From positions 1 through 50,000 of the forward strand of contig NW_025214733.1 of the NCBI RefSeq assembly GCF_004010195.1: 50,000 bases of DNA. The letters run 5' to 3'. The notes below the pieces were generated by a model. That model was not told where the DNA came from. It did not search any database and saw nothing but the letters and a program-made list of their open reading frames with translations. Every line of letters starts with the position of its first letter. Position 1 is the first letter of the stretch. The translations under genes were made by a program, and so were the position numbers. The DNA is from Chiloscyllium plagiosum (Eukaryota). This document shows positions 36,958-48,321 of the stretch, in pieces.

Positions 36958-39414
36958 TACAATTTGTATGATTTGATCTCTTTTCAGATTACATAGTTAA
37001 CAAATGCAATAAAATAATTCAACCCAGTTGGTCAAGTCAACTGAAAAGACACTGCAAGCATTACTACCCACACCCAAGTGGTATCTTTGCCTCATATATG
37101 AAGATTTTGGTGTAGAGACTCCTGGTTTTTCACCACTCTGAAAATGCAGCATTGTCAAAAATCAACAAATTTAATTTACATTTTCTCCATATAAACTAAA
37201 TAATTTCTTATTTAAAAAAAAATTCAGTGTTTGATGTTTGAATTTTAACACTACTTCCTTTTTAATACCAGCAGCATGGTGGTGGGGGAGTCTTTATAAT
37301 TGGTTAGATTTGCAAAGTAGTCAGGAAGTTGCTATGCGGGTATGGGTTTCATTTTGTGGCCTGGTTTTGAGTTGCCATGGTAATGTTTCCTTTAGCTCTA
37401 TCAGTTTTTGACCTGCTGGTAATATAATACATGTCTGTGATCTGGCTTAACTGGATAAGAGTATTAATGCTTGTAAGCAAACCATGTGCTTCCTGTTTTG
37501 TCAGAATTTGTTCTTGATTGATGCCACATACAGAACAACTTCACACAAATGCAGTACCAGAAGCTTATTTAAGCATGTAAGGAACATGTGAACACTACTG
37601 TTTGTGATGAATACATTTCACTTTCTCCCCTGTCAATAAAAACAAAATTCTTCTTCCAGCAACATATTTGTGTCCGTTACTGTTGTATTTACTGTTGAAC
37701 ATGATACAATAATTGAACTGCAAGGCTAAACACCTTGATAGTATAACTGTGTAAGAGTTTGTGTGTACAATCATTTGCCAATTGTTGGTTAGATTTGTGA
37801 ATTTTACAATGTAACAGTTAGGTAACCATACTAGTAGAATTAAGGACTGCCAACTTTCTTGGCAGTCTTCTGTTTCGTGAAATGATGGATTATACCTTAA
37901 TGGTTGACACATCACAGAGTGCATTTTGAGTCCTCCCCTCTGGCATTACAGTTTCTGTGATATTTGCTGCAGATGAAGACTGCTGTGAGAGTGCAGAATT
38001 CACTGGCCCCCTGTTTTCTCTGATGCTATAACACAGATAGCAAGTCAAACAAAATCAGCCTCACTATCACTAGATTCAAAACAGAGTGAAATGAAAATGT
38101 TCAACGATCCTGCAAACTATTTAATTGTTCCTAATCAGACTTTATGAATAACAGACCTTAGACACCAAGTTTATAAACTTAAAAATAACAATTTTTTATT
38201 AATAATGTAACGTTCGCAGAACACAGAACAAAATAATCTAATTAATATCTATGATCTAAAGCCCATTCTTTAATCATAACCTCTACATACAGAAATTTGA
38301 GGGCTAAATTAGAAAATAAAATAAAATAACTGTAATGTTCCAGTTCAATAAACAGTTTCCAACAATTGGTACCCGGCGTTCATGAAATCTTTGGATATTT
38401 GGTTATTCGCAGGCAAGCAGAACTGTATATCTTGCTTGAATTCCAAAGACCCCAGTTAATAGGAACAGTTTTGGCAGACATCTAGTAACATTTACTTGTT
38501 TCTTACAGACTAGGAATCTTTTCTCAGAACATTCAACAGTTTGATAATTGGTTTTGTTCTTTCTCCAATCAGCACTGTGTTCAGAAGTCTCCAAAACACA
38601 CTGCCTCCTGCTAAACCAGTCAAAGCCGTTTCTCTCTTGATTTGTTTTCTTTTTTTTTAGCCAATCTTCGCTGTGGTTGGCTGACTAGCACCAGTCCTCC
38701 CTTGATTTGGCCAATTCAACATCCAACCAACTGCCAGCCCTGAGCATTGCATCAGCTTGGTACCAATTCATCTACAGTGTAATCAGTAATTAAGTTCTAT
38801 TATTCTCCCAGTTCCTAACAGAAGACATCTGTTTTTGTTTTTTTTTAAAACGACCTGCTGTTCAAAGTTCAATTCTTAACTTCAACTCCAACTCCAGTTC
38901 CAAACCAAAAATTGAGAAAAATAAGTCATTTTGGTCTCTGCACTGGGTTCTCTCCTCAACCATCTGAGCTTTCTGTCTCTCCTTTGCTCTTCCAGTGCTT
39001 AAATCAGCAACTAGAGACTTCAGCAACTCCCTCTCCACTTGTCTGTCTTAGTGCCCGTCATCTTTGTATCTTGCTTACAGGTTTCTTTGTAATGAGATAT
39101 TGAAGTGCAGCAGGTCATGACCTAGTGGCCAGTTCATGGTGGTGAATGTTTTTGGATATGGTCAACAACCATTTTATGAATGTAGCCAAGCCAGTACATG
39201 TGACATAGTTGATGAAATTAGCAGACTCCAGAATCTGAGTTGGTTATCAAATCATGTCAAAACATGCTATAGATGTGTTTGAGACAGCTAAGCTGGAAAT
39301 TGTTCAACGTTCCTCTTGTCTGGCATATGTTGTCCATATTTCACTCTAGAAACCAGCGTAGGTTTCATAAACTGTTAGTTTGGCGTTCTGCATTAGATTG
39401 CAGTTGCTTCATAA

Positions 39415-39740
39415 GGTGGCTCAGTGATTAGGACTGCTGCCTCAGAGCACAAGGGACTCTGGTTTGATTCTTGCTTCAAGCAACTGTCCATGTGGAATTT
39501 GCACATTCTCCCTGTGTCTTGTGGGTTTCCTCCAGGTGCTCTGGTTTCCTCCTACAGTCCAAAGATGTGCAGGTTAGGTGAATTGGCCATGTCAAATTGC
39601 TCATAATGTTCAGGGATGTGTGGGTTAGGTGCATTAGTTAGGGTTACATGTAGGGTAATAGGGTAGGGGAATGGATCTGGGTGGGTTACTCTTCGGAGGG
39701 CCTGTTTCCACACTGTAGGGGTTCAATGGCATTCTATGAT
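39415..39740 (+). mobile_element. V-SINE (HE1-type)
   Basis: Collinear with 30357-30658 and ends in a CR1-like tail CCTGTTTCCACACTGTAGGG...TTCTATGA. Confidence 0.9.
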
Positions 39741-41194
39741 GTTAAATCGCAATAAATAAAACAATACTTGACTTGTATACAATTTGTGCTGTCATTTGTT
39801 AATAGTTGTGCTATAGCAGGGTAATGCCAAGACAGATTAATTTGCTCATGATAAAATGGAACAGTTGCATCCCACTGAGCAAGAGTGATTGTGATTACCA
39901 TTTTAAAATTTTGAGTGTCAATACCACCAGTAACAGTTTAATTTGGCAATGTATTACAATAGGACTCTGGTGTTTTCTTTCTGATTTGATACTGACTTGT
40001 GTAGAGTTGAAATGGTGCAATAATTGCCCTTATTAAAGCTAAATTGTTTGTGACCGGCTTGTTTTCTGTTACTGTGCAAAAGACTGTAGAACATAATGTT
40101 TATTTAAGCTGCAAAGTTTCTATAGTAAAGCATTTCGATGTTCCCTGTTCTCTTGTTGTTCAATGCCTCCTTCCACATTCTGGAGATGAGGTATCTGTTT
40201 CCAGAAATACATCTTAGAATCAAAATCACCAGCCAAGAAAATGAGAAAACAAAACTATTCCAGCTGTGACACAACTTACAACATCATCCTGGGAGTTTTC
40301 TGTATTTGGCTTTAATCTCTGCATTAATCTTCATGGGAATCAAGATGAGAGAAATGTTAATGAAATTTATGACCAGAATATCTTTAACTGATCACATATA
40401 TCCATTTATATGTACTTCTTCGAAAACAAAAATTCAAATTGACTACAGTCTTAAACCAAAATAAGTGAGTAAAGTAGTTGTTTTATCCAGAACCTCGCTT
40501 TCTGTAGCATCTCGACAGGGATGGGAAGATGGTCGGCTTATCTCAGCCTACCATCCCTTACAAACTGGATACTTGGGGAGGGGAGTGTTATTAGATATCT
40601 GGAGCAGCATATGGTAACTTGGTTACTTATTTGGTCTTAAAGGAAGAAATTGGGGTTTCAAATGGCGCTTCCTAAAGTAAAATAGTTGAAAGTAAAAATA
40701 CTAGGTTTCATCATAAAGTGGTTGACACATGCCACATCTGAAACCAATTTTTTTTTTTTCTCTTTCTCTTCTTAAATGCATTGAAACATTGCGATTTGGA
40801 AAAGAATGAAAATATAGTTATAGACTGGAAATTTGCGGAAAGATTGTGGGAGAAAGTTAATCAAGAGCAAACTTGAAGTTGGTTGTGATCATTCTTTACT
40901 GCCCAAAACATTGCCATCCTCCATCTGGTCCACAATGACCTGCAAACCACAATCCCCACCATCAGAAACATCACCGACCCTATCTTGGTGAAGATGTATG
41001 TGTGCTTATTCAGAAATTGAGCTTACAGTCAATGTTGACTCCTTCTCTGGATTTGAGAAAGTAAGCCTCCTTTTAACAAGCTCCCAATGTACAATACCAC
41101 CTCTCGTTTATCAAGATCAACAAAATCCTGGAAAATATTGGACATGTTCCAAAACTTGGGAGCCTTCTCTTTTTTTTTAGAAAGTCTTTTTTTG

Positions 41195-41412
41195 CCTGCA
41201 TATCCTTGGACGCTACAGACAGTTTAGCATAGCTAATACACCTAAGCTGCACGTCTTTGGACTGTGGGAGGAAACCAGAGCACCTGGCAGAAACCCATGC
41301 TGACACTGGGAGAATTGTCTGTGTGGAGTTTGCACCGTTACCCTAGGCTGGATTTGAACCTGGGTCCCTGGTGCTATGAGGCAGCAGTGCTAACCACAGA
41401 GCTACTATGCCC
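41195..41412 (-). mobile_element. V-SINE (HE1-type) with an internal 20-bp inversion
   Basis: Reverse complement of the V-domain and tRNA head. Segment 41316-41335 is in the opposite orientation. Confidence 0.85.
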
Positions 41413-41599
41413 CCAGTTCACAACCTTTTTGGCAGGTGCTTGTCTGTCTCTCCCAGTCTTATTTTAAGATTAAAAGCCCCCATTTATACTATGCCTTTAT
41501 TACATGATATAATCTAGCACTTCTGAGCTGCTACCAGATGGTCTATATATGACATCCATTGTGGTTTTAGTTCCTTTACAGTTCCTCAGTTCCACCCAT

Positions 41600-42400
41600 A
41601 ATGTCTGCACTGGGTGCTTTGCCCTCATTACAAACTCCCTCATCATAAAAGTGATTCAGTTCCTAATCAGTAATGTTACACCCCTTCTGTTTTCTCTATC
41701 CCTCCTGTAAACATTATAACCTGGTATGTTTAGCTCCCAGTCCTGATCATCCTGTGGTCATGTCTCCATAATGGCTACTATATCATAGTTTCCAATTTGA
41801 ATCTGCCTGTAGCTCATTTAATTTGTTTCTTAAACTCTATGATTTGGTATTAAAAAAACTCTAATTTTGGCTGTACACTCTATTCTGTCTTGTAGCATCT
41901 TTTTATTATTTCTCCCTCCTGGTTTACTCAGGGCACTATTTATAGTCCCGCCTTGTTCATCTTATTAACCTCTGCCTTCTTACATTCTGACGTGTGCTGT
42001 GGTGTCCACCCTCCGCCTGACTAGTTTAAACTCTCCTGAATGACACTCGCCATGCTCCTCTCAAGGATATCTGTGTCCCTGCAGTTTAGTTGCAGACTGT
42101 CCTTTTTGTACAGCGTCCCACCTGCCCTGGAAGAGATTCCAATGATCCAGATTTCTGAATCACTCCCTCCAACACCAGCTCTTTAGCTACATGTTAAGCT
42201 TTACAATGTACCTATTTCTGGCCTCACTAGCACGTGGCACAGATAGTATTCCCTAGATTACAACCCGAGATGTCCTGCTTTTTAACTTTCCACCTAACTC
42301 CATAAATTTCCTTTTGCAGGACCTCCCGTCCCTTCCTACCTGCCCGTTCAGAGACATCATTGACCCTGGCACCAGGGAGGCAACACACCAACCTGGAGCT
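41600..42400 (-). mobile_element. CR1 LINE 5' region (ORF1 esterase-like and start of ORF2), decayed
   Basis: Minus-strand CLPGARV at ~42362-42382, typical of the SGNH/esterase domain of CR1 ORF1. TTTAAACTAG lies near the ORF1 end (~42021-42030). Confidence 0.7.
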
Positions 42401-43379
42401 CACGACACAGAAATACTTATCTCTGCCCCTGACTTTAGAGGCTGTGCCTGGAGCCTGTTGATAAAATTGTTTAATCTTTGGCCATTCCCAGCTGTGTTGG
42501 TTTTTTAAATGTGTTTAGTTCTGTTGTACGGATTTCTTGCAAACCTCTATCTATATGAAAATGTCTGCGGTATTTAAAATTGCTGTATTGGCGTTTTTTA
42601 TTGACACTGGTTGGCCCTCCAATCTTATGATCTTGGTGCTTTCATTCTGGGCACTTTTATCTTTGTGTGTTCATCTTTTTTTCGCTTTCAACAAATGAAT
42701 TATTGTCCTACCACCTCCAATCTGGTACACAATTGATAGTGGGATTGTTTCAGACTGAATTAACTTTGGTGTGCTGAACACAATCCATTTTTATAATGGT
42801 GGGGAGGACAATGATAGTGACACAGTAAGCATGTCAGTGAACTAGTAATGCTTTGGGGATGTGGACTTAAACCTACCAAATCAGCTGGTCAAGATATCAC
42901 CTTGGTTCAAGACTGCCACCAGCTGTTGTCTGCTGTCTCCTATTGCACCTAGCTCCTACCAAAGGTCATACTCTACCACTTTCACGACTGCTTGCAATAC
43001 CTTCCATCACTTGCTCTCAACCACTCCAACCAACCACATCACTCATGCTGCATGGACATTGCACTGTCTACTCTTTTGCGTGGGGCAAATCACCACTTTG
43101 CCCCCACCTGCACCAGTACTAACAGCTGTGCCAGCCACTTAAACCTCCCTTAATACCTTAATTTATTTTATAACCAGAGATAATCAAATGGTGGGCTACT
43201 TGACTTTTGGCTCCTAATTGCGAAGGAGAGGGCCCTAATCCTGACTGTTTCAAGTGGCTAACTGATTATGTCTAAGTCTGTGGACTGGAATTTGAGGGTG
43301 TCTTGGAGTAACAGTGCTGGAACCTGCTGACTGTGGGCTGTTTCCCTTGCCATGATTGTTGTTGGTGCTCATGTTAAGC

Positions 43380-43550
43380 AGTTGAAAAATGTGGTGCTGG
43401 AAAAACACAGCAGGCCAGGCAGCATCCGAGGAGCAGGAGAATCGACGTTTCGGACATAAGCTCCTCAGATGCTGCCTGGCCTGCTGTGTTTTTCCAGCAC
43501 TACATTTTTCAACTCTGGTCTCCAGCATCTGCAGTCCTCACTTTTTCCCA
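43380..43550. mobile_element. Palindromic Penelope-tail mini-insertion (family A) with ~14-bp TSD
   Basis: Arms AGTTGAAAAATGTGGTGCTGG / CCAGCACTACATTTTTCAACT. TSD GCTCATGTTAAGCA (43367-43380) versus GCTTATGTTAAGTA (43551-43564). Confidence 0.88.
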
Positions 43551-44289
43551 GCTTATGTTAAGTATCCTGGCTTTGTGTCAACACCAAATGGCAAAGCAAG
43601 ACAGAAGTACTGTGAGCTTGGTAGCTCTGGCTGAGAGGCAAAGCACATTAAGGCAAGGTAAGGATGAGCATCCAGGTGGGCTCAAAGTGAGTGAGAGCCA
43701 TGAGAGTAAGCAAACAGCAATGAGATGCAGCCTGTTCTGAGCTGTGAGCTGGGTGTCTGTCCCTGTGGGTATAGTATCTTTGCAGCAACATTGCAATGAT
43801 AATTGCAGATGCAACCTGTGGTGTAGTTTTATAGTGCAGCGGTATGCTAGAAGTGGATCAGAAATGTGCCATGATGATTTAGAGGGGCTTGCAAGTGGTG
43901 CCTAGATCCATGGACATACAGTCACTGCCCATAGAGCATGTTCTGACATGCTGGTATTAGATGTCCAGAATGGAGATCCTTGGGAATAACTGGGGACCTG
44001 AAATCACCAGGCACCCATGTTAGGGTTTATTGGTTTCATTTTTTTTTCATGATGGGTAGGAGAATAAGAGAAGGAATATTAATAAGATAAAATCTGCAGT
44101 TTATTAGGCTGATAACAAAATCTCCCTTTTAATAAGTAGCTCACCACTCCTGAACAAGAATCTTGTTTTGACATCTGGAACTCTGTTAGGAAATGTAGGT
44201 TTTTGCTCCTGCTCGACTTCTCATGTGATTCTCTGAGATTTCTTGCCATAGCCCATATCATTTAGATACCTATCAGATTCTGTCCAAAA

Positions 44290-45035
44290 AGACATTTGAA
44301 ATAAATAGCTTGGGATGGGGAGTTGACAAACCAGTCATATCTGGTGAAGATAAAATCCCTGGTTTGGATATCATCTGCAAACAGTGATATCATATTTGCA
44401 TATCGCTTCATTCAAGAAGAAAATAATGCCTGACGAATAGTAATATTATCTAATAAAAAAGATGGTACAAGTTCAGGAATCTATAGGACAGTAAGTTTTA
44501 TGCCAATTGAAGGCATGATAATGGATTTTTTCCTCAAAGCTGTAATATAAAAATATCTAGAAACCAAAAATGCAACATTATAGATTTCAAAAGAAGTCAT
44601 GCTTGACCAACCTTATTGTACTATTTGAAGGAATAAAGTGTAGATGAATGTGACACAACAGATGTAATAATGTTGAATTTTCAAATGTCTTTTGATAAAG
44701 TCATAGCATGTGGAGTCAGAGAACAGGTACTACAATAGATAGCAAGCTGGCTACAAAAGAGTAAACAGTCAAAGGGTATTGAACAATGAAGGGAAGCATG
44801 CCAAATGCTGCCTGCAACCCCACTTTCAAAGAATTATGTACCTGCACCCATTAGGTTTCCCTTTTTGGCAAAACTGCCCAGGGCCCTCCCACTAACTGTA
44901 TAAGTTCTGCCGTGGTTTGCCTTACTAGAAAACAACCGTCCATTACCATTCTCTGTCTCCTACCTTCAAGCTAATTTTGTATCCAATCAGCGAGCTCTCC
45001 CTGAATCCCACGTGATCTAAGCTTACTCACCAGCT
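44290..45035. mobile_element. Decayed CR1 fragments (+ strand ~44290-44790; - strand ~44800-45035)
   Basis: Remnants such as GGAATCTATAGGACAGTAAG (GNYRPVS-like), CATGCTTGACCAACCTT (SCLTNL) and GAATTTTCAAATGTCTTTTGATAA. Confidence 0.6.
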
Positions 45036-45706
45036 TCTCTGAAAGAGGCCTTGCTTGCAAGAGGTGATAAGAGTGAAGAGGTTTTGGGTTCGGAATCACT
45101 AATGTGTATACAAATAAAGCAGATAAATTATCTGAGCTTGTACAGATCTTTTGTTCAGGCGTACTTGCAAGTATTGTGCATAGTTGTAATTTCCATATGA
45201 TAAACTCTAAAGCAGTGGAGACAGTTCAAAAGGATAATAGCATGACTTAAGAACTTATCAAAAAATATCAAAAAAAGCTGAAAGGTTAAGAAATGTACAA
45301 TATTGAGCAGGAATTGTGCATGTATAAGAATTTCCAAACTGAATTTATGGGAAAATCCCATTCCTGTATTTCATTAATTAGATAATTTATTATGAATAAT
45401 TACAGCAACTTTGGAGCTTATTAAATATATGAAAATGTATTAATATTTGGAATTTGTGTGTGGTCATATTTTGTTTTATAATGGTGTCTGAGGAGAGGAC
45501 GAGTTTGGGTATAAACCAGCAGAGGTAATTAGCAAATAAATAAACAGAATACATTTGAAGAAGAGTTACTGAGACCTGTGCTAACAGGGCATGTTCATCA
45601 GCCATTGGTCATTTATTTTTTATTGGTCTAAATTGTCAAATATTGACTGAGTCACTTATGTAACTTATGAAATAAATATTTTGCATTTTTATTTTCTCTT
45701 TGATAG

Positions 45707-45834
45707 ACTGTTGGGAAGGGTTCACTGTGGTGTGTAGACCCACAGTACAGGCCAAACCTCATTCAAGCCCTAATGAAGACTCCATATTATTCAACAACAC
45801 AAGTCTTTTACACACCGCCAGCCTCGCCTCCAAG
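45707..45834 (+). CDS. FOXN2: FOXN2 second coding exon (end of forkhead domain)
   Basis: Acceptor ttttattttctctttgatag|, then [42 protein letters not shown], then donor AG|GTAAGT at 45835. Continues in phase 0 from 29730. GKGSLWC(V/I)DP is the conserved FoxN wing. Not in the ORF track. Confidence 0.93.
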
Positions 45835-46159
45835 GTAAGTGCCTAGTTCCTGTCAGCTTTCTTGTAAATTCATGAACTGTCTCATACTTTTAGAGAGTAA
45901 TACTTTTATTTTAGAAAGCAGCCTTCATTGTTCCCCATTCATTCTGTTGATAAAGGGACTCCCAAGTGTGTCAGCAAATTATATATGCTAAGAAGATCCT
46001 GAGTTGAATGTCTGCTGAAATGCAGATGTCTGGACTGTCCAGAAGTTGCCAGCTGTTTTGTATTGAGTTTGTATCTCTCATTTGGCGTTGTGGTTTTAAG
46101 AACATGCAAAATTGGAACAGTCACACAACCACTCATGTTTGCTCTGCTATTCAGTACAA

Positions 46160-46740
46160 TCATGGCCAATCTTCACCCTCAACTTCACTTTTCCACCCAC
46201 CTCCCATATCCTTTAATTCCATGAGTGACCAAACATGTATTTCAGCCTTAATTATAATCAACAATGGAGTATCATAACCCACTGGGCAGGTCATTCCAAA
46301 TATCCACAACCCATGGCCTGAAGATGTTTGTTGTCATCACATTCTTAAATGAACTCTCCCTTTTCCTTAGACTATGCTCCTATGTCCCAAATTCCTTGGT
46401 CAGAGGAAAAAAGCTTTTTTAGAGACTAATATCTTTCAAAGAATTATTAATTATAGGCTCCTTATGTTCTCTTCGCAAACTGCTTTCTGATCTTTGTGTC
46501 GTTACCAAATTTAATAACCATACCTTCAGTCTTTTCATCCGAATCAATTATTTCAATTGTAAAGTGTTGAGGTTCAACCCTTGTGGCACACTGCCTGTGA
46601 TATCCTACTCTCCATTCCTATTAATCAAGCAATCTCCTATTCATGCCAATATGTTGCCCCCGACACCGTGAGCTTTTATTTTCTGAAATAACCTTTAATA
46701 TGACATAGATTTCTAGAAGGTACAAGTACAATATATCCAC
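46160..46740 (-). mobile_element. Decayed CR1 fragments, antisense
   Basis: Resemble the reverse complement of a CR1 3' region (compare 47965-48321) and of RT pieces. Confidence 0.55.
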
Positions 46741-46744
46741 TAGT

Positions 46745-47962
46745 TACAAAAGAGGAAGTGTTGGAGGTCTTAGAAAACATAAAATTGGATACATCTCTGG
46801 GTCCTGATCAAGTCTTTTGAGAGTGTTGTGGATTGTTAGGGAAGAAATTGTGGGGTCTCTAGCAGAAATGTTTGTATCATCTATAACCACAGCTGAGGTG
46901 CCAGAGGACTGGAGGGTGGCTATAAATGTGCCTTTATTTAAGAAAGGCTGTAAGGAGAACCTGGGAACAATAGATCTGTGAGCCTCACATTGGTGGTGGG
47001 TAAGTTGTTGGAGCTGAATCTGAGAGATAGGAATTGTCAGCATGGTTTTATGTGAGGGAAATTATGTCTCGCAAGCTTGACTGAGTGTTTGAGGAAGTAA
47101 GCAAAAGATTGTTGAGGGCAGAGTGATAGACGTTTAACACATGGACTTCAGTAAAGCCTTTGACCAGGTTCCACATGGTAGACTAATTAGTAAAGGTAGA
47201 TCAAGTAGGATTCAGGGAGAGCTTGCCAATTGGATACATAATTGGCTTGATGGTAGGAGACAGAGGGTGGTGCCGGAGGCGTATTTTTCAAACTGAAAGC
47301 CTATGACCAGGAGTGTTCCACGGGGATTGGTATGGATCCACTTTTGTTTGTCATTTTTATAAATGATTTGAAAGAGAATATAGGTGGCATGGTTAGTAAG
47401 TTTGCAGATGATACCAAAATTTGGAGGTGCAGAGGACTGTGAAAAAGATTACCAAATATTACAAAGAGCTCTTGATGAATTGGGTGAATGAGCTGAGTGG
47501 TGATAGATGGAGTTTAATTTGGATAATTGCGAGGTGTTGAATTTTGGTAAAACAAACAAGGGCAGGATTCATACAATTATTGATAGAGCCCTAGAACCAA
47601 GAGACTTAGCGGTTCAGGTACACAATTCTTTGAAATTCAAAGGTTGACAGGGTAATTAAGGTGTTTAGTACACTTGTCTTTGCTCAGACTATTTTGAGTA
47701 TAGGAGTTGGGACATCATGTTGAGGTTGTAAAGGTTATTGGCGAAACCTTATCTGGAGTACTGTGTGCAGTTCTGGTTGCTTTATTTTATGAAGGATATT
47801 ATTAAATTGGATAGGGTTCAGAAAAGACTTACCAGGATGTTGCTGGGAATGGAGGGTTTGAGTTATAAAGAGATGCTGAATAGGTTGGGATTTCTGTCAC
47901 TGGAGAGTAGGAAGTTGAGTGACCTTTTATAGAGGTTTATAAAATTATGAGGGGCATAGATA
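46745..47962 (+). mobile_element. CR1 LINE ORF2 RT region
   Basis: VPEDWRVAI.VPLL.KG, MDFSKAFDQVPH, SKFADDTKI, LEYCVQFW and RVQKRLTRML. Confidence 0.92.
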
Positions 47963-47964
47963 AG

Positions 47965-48321
47965 ACCAAAAGACATTGGAGCAGAAATTAGGTCATTCAG
48001 CCCATTGAGTCTGCTCCACCATTCAATCATGGCTGATAACAGTCAACCCCATTCTCCAGCTTTCTCCCTGTAACCTTTGATACTCCAGAACCTATGTATT
48101 CTCAGTCTTAAATGTGCTCAATGACCTGGCCTCCACAGTCTTCTGTGGCAATGAATTCCATAGATTCACCACACTCTGGCTGAAGAAGTTTCTCCTGATC
48201 TCTGTTCTAAAAGGTCTTCCCTTTACTCTCAGGCTGTGCTCTTGGATGTTAGACTCTCCTACCAAATGGAAACACTTTCTCAAAATCCACTCCACTCTGT
48301 CCAGGCCATTTGGTATTCTGT
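47965..48321 (-). mobile_element. CR1 LINE 3' end, antisense
   Basis: Minus-strand HSLRVKGRPFRTEIRRNFFSQSVVNLWNSLPQ. Confidence 0.9.

Noticed and set aside
37955..39204. Possible solo LTR (TG...CA bounded, simple-sequence-rich block)
   Set aside because: No TSD, primer-binding site or second copy could be verified by eye.
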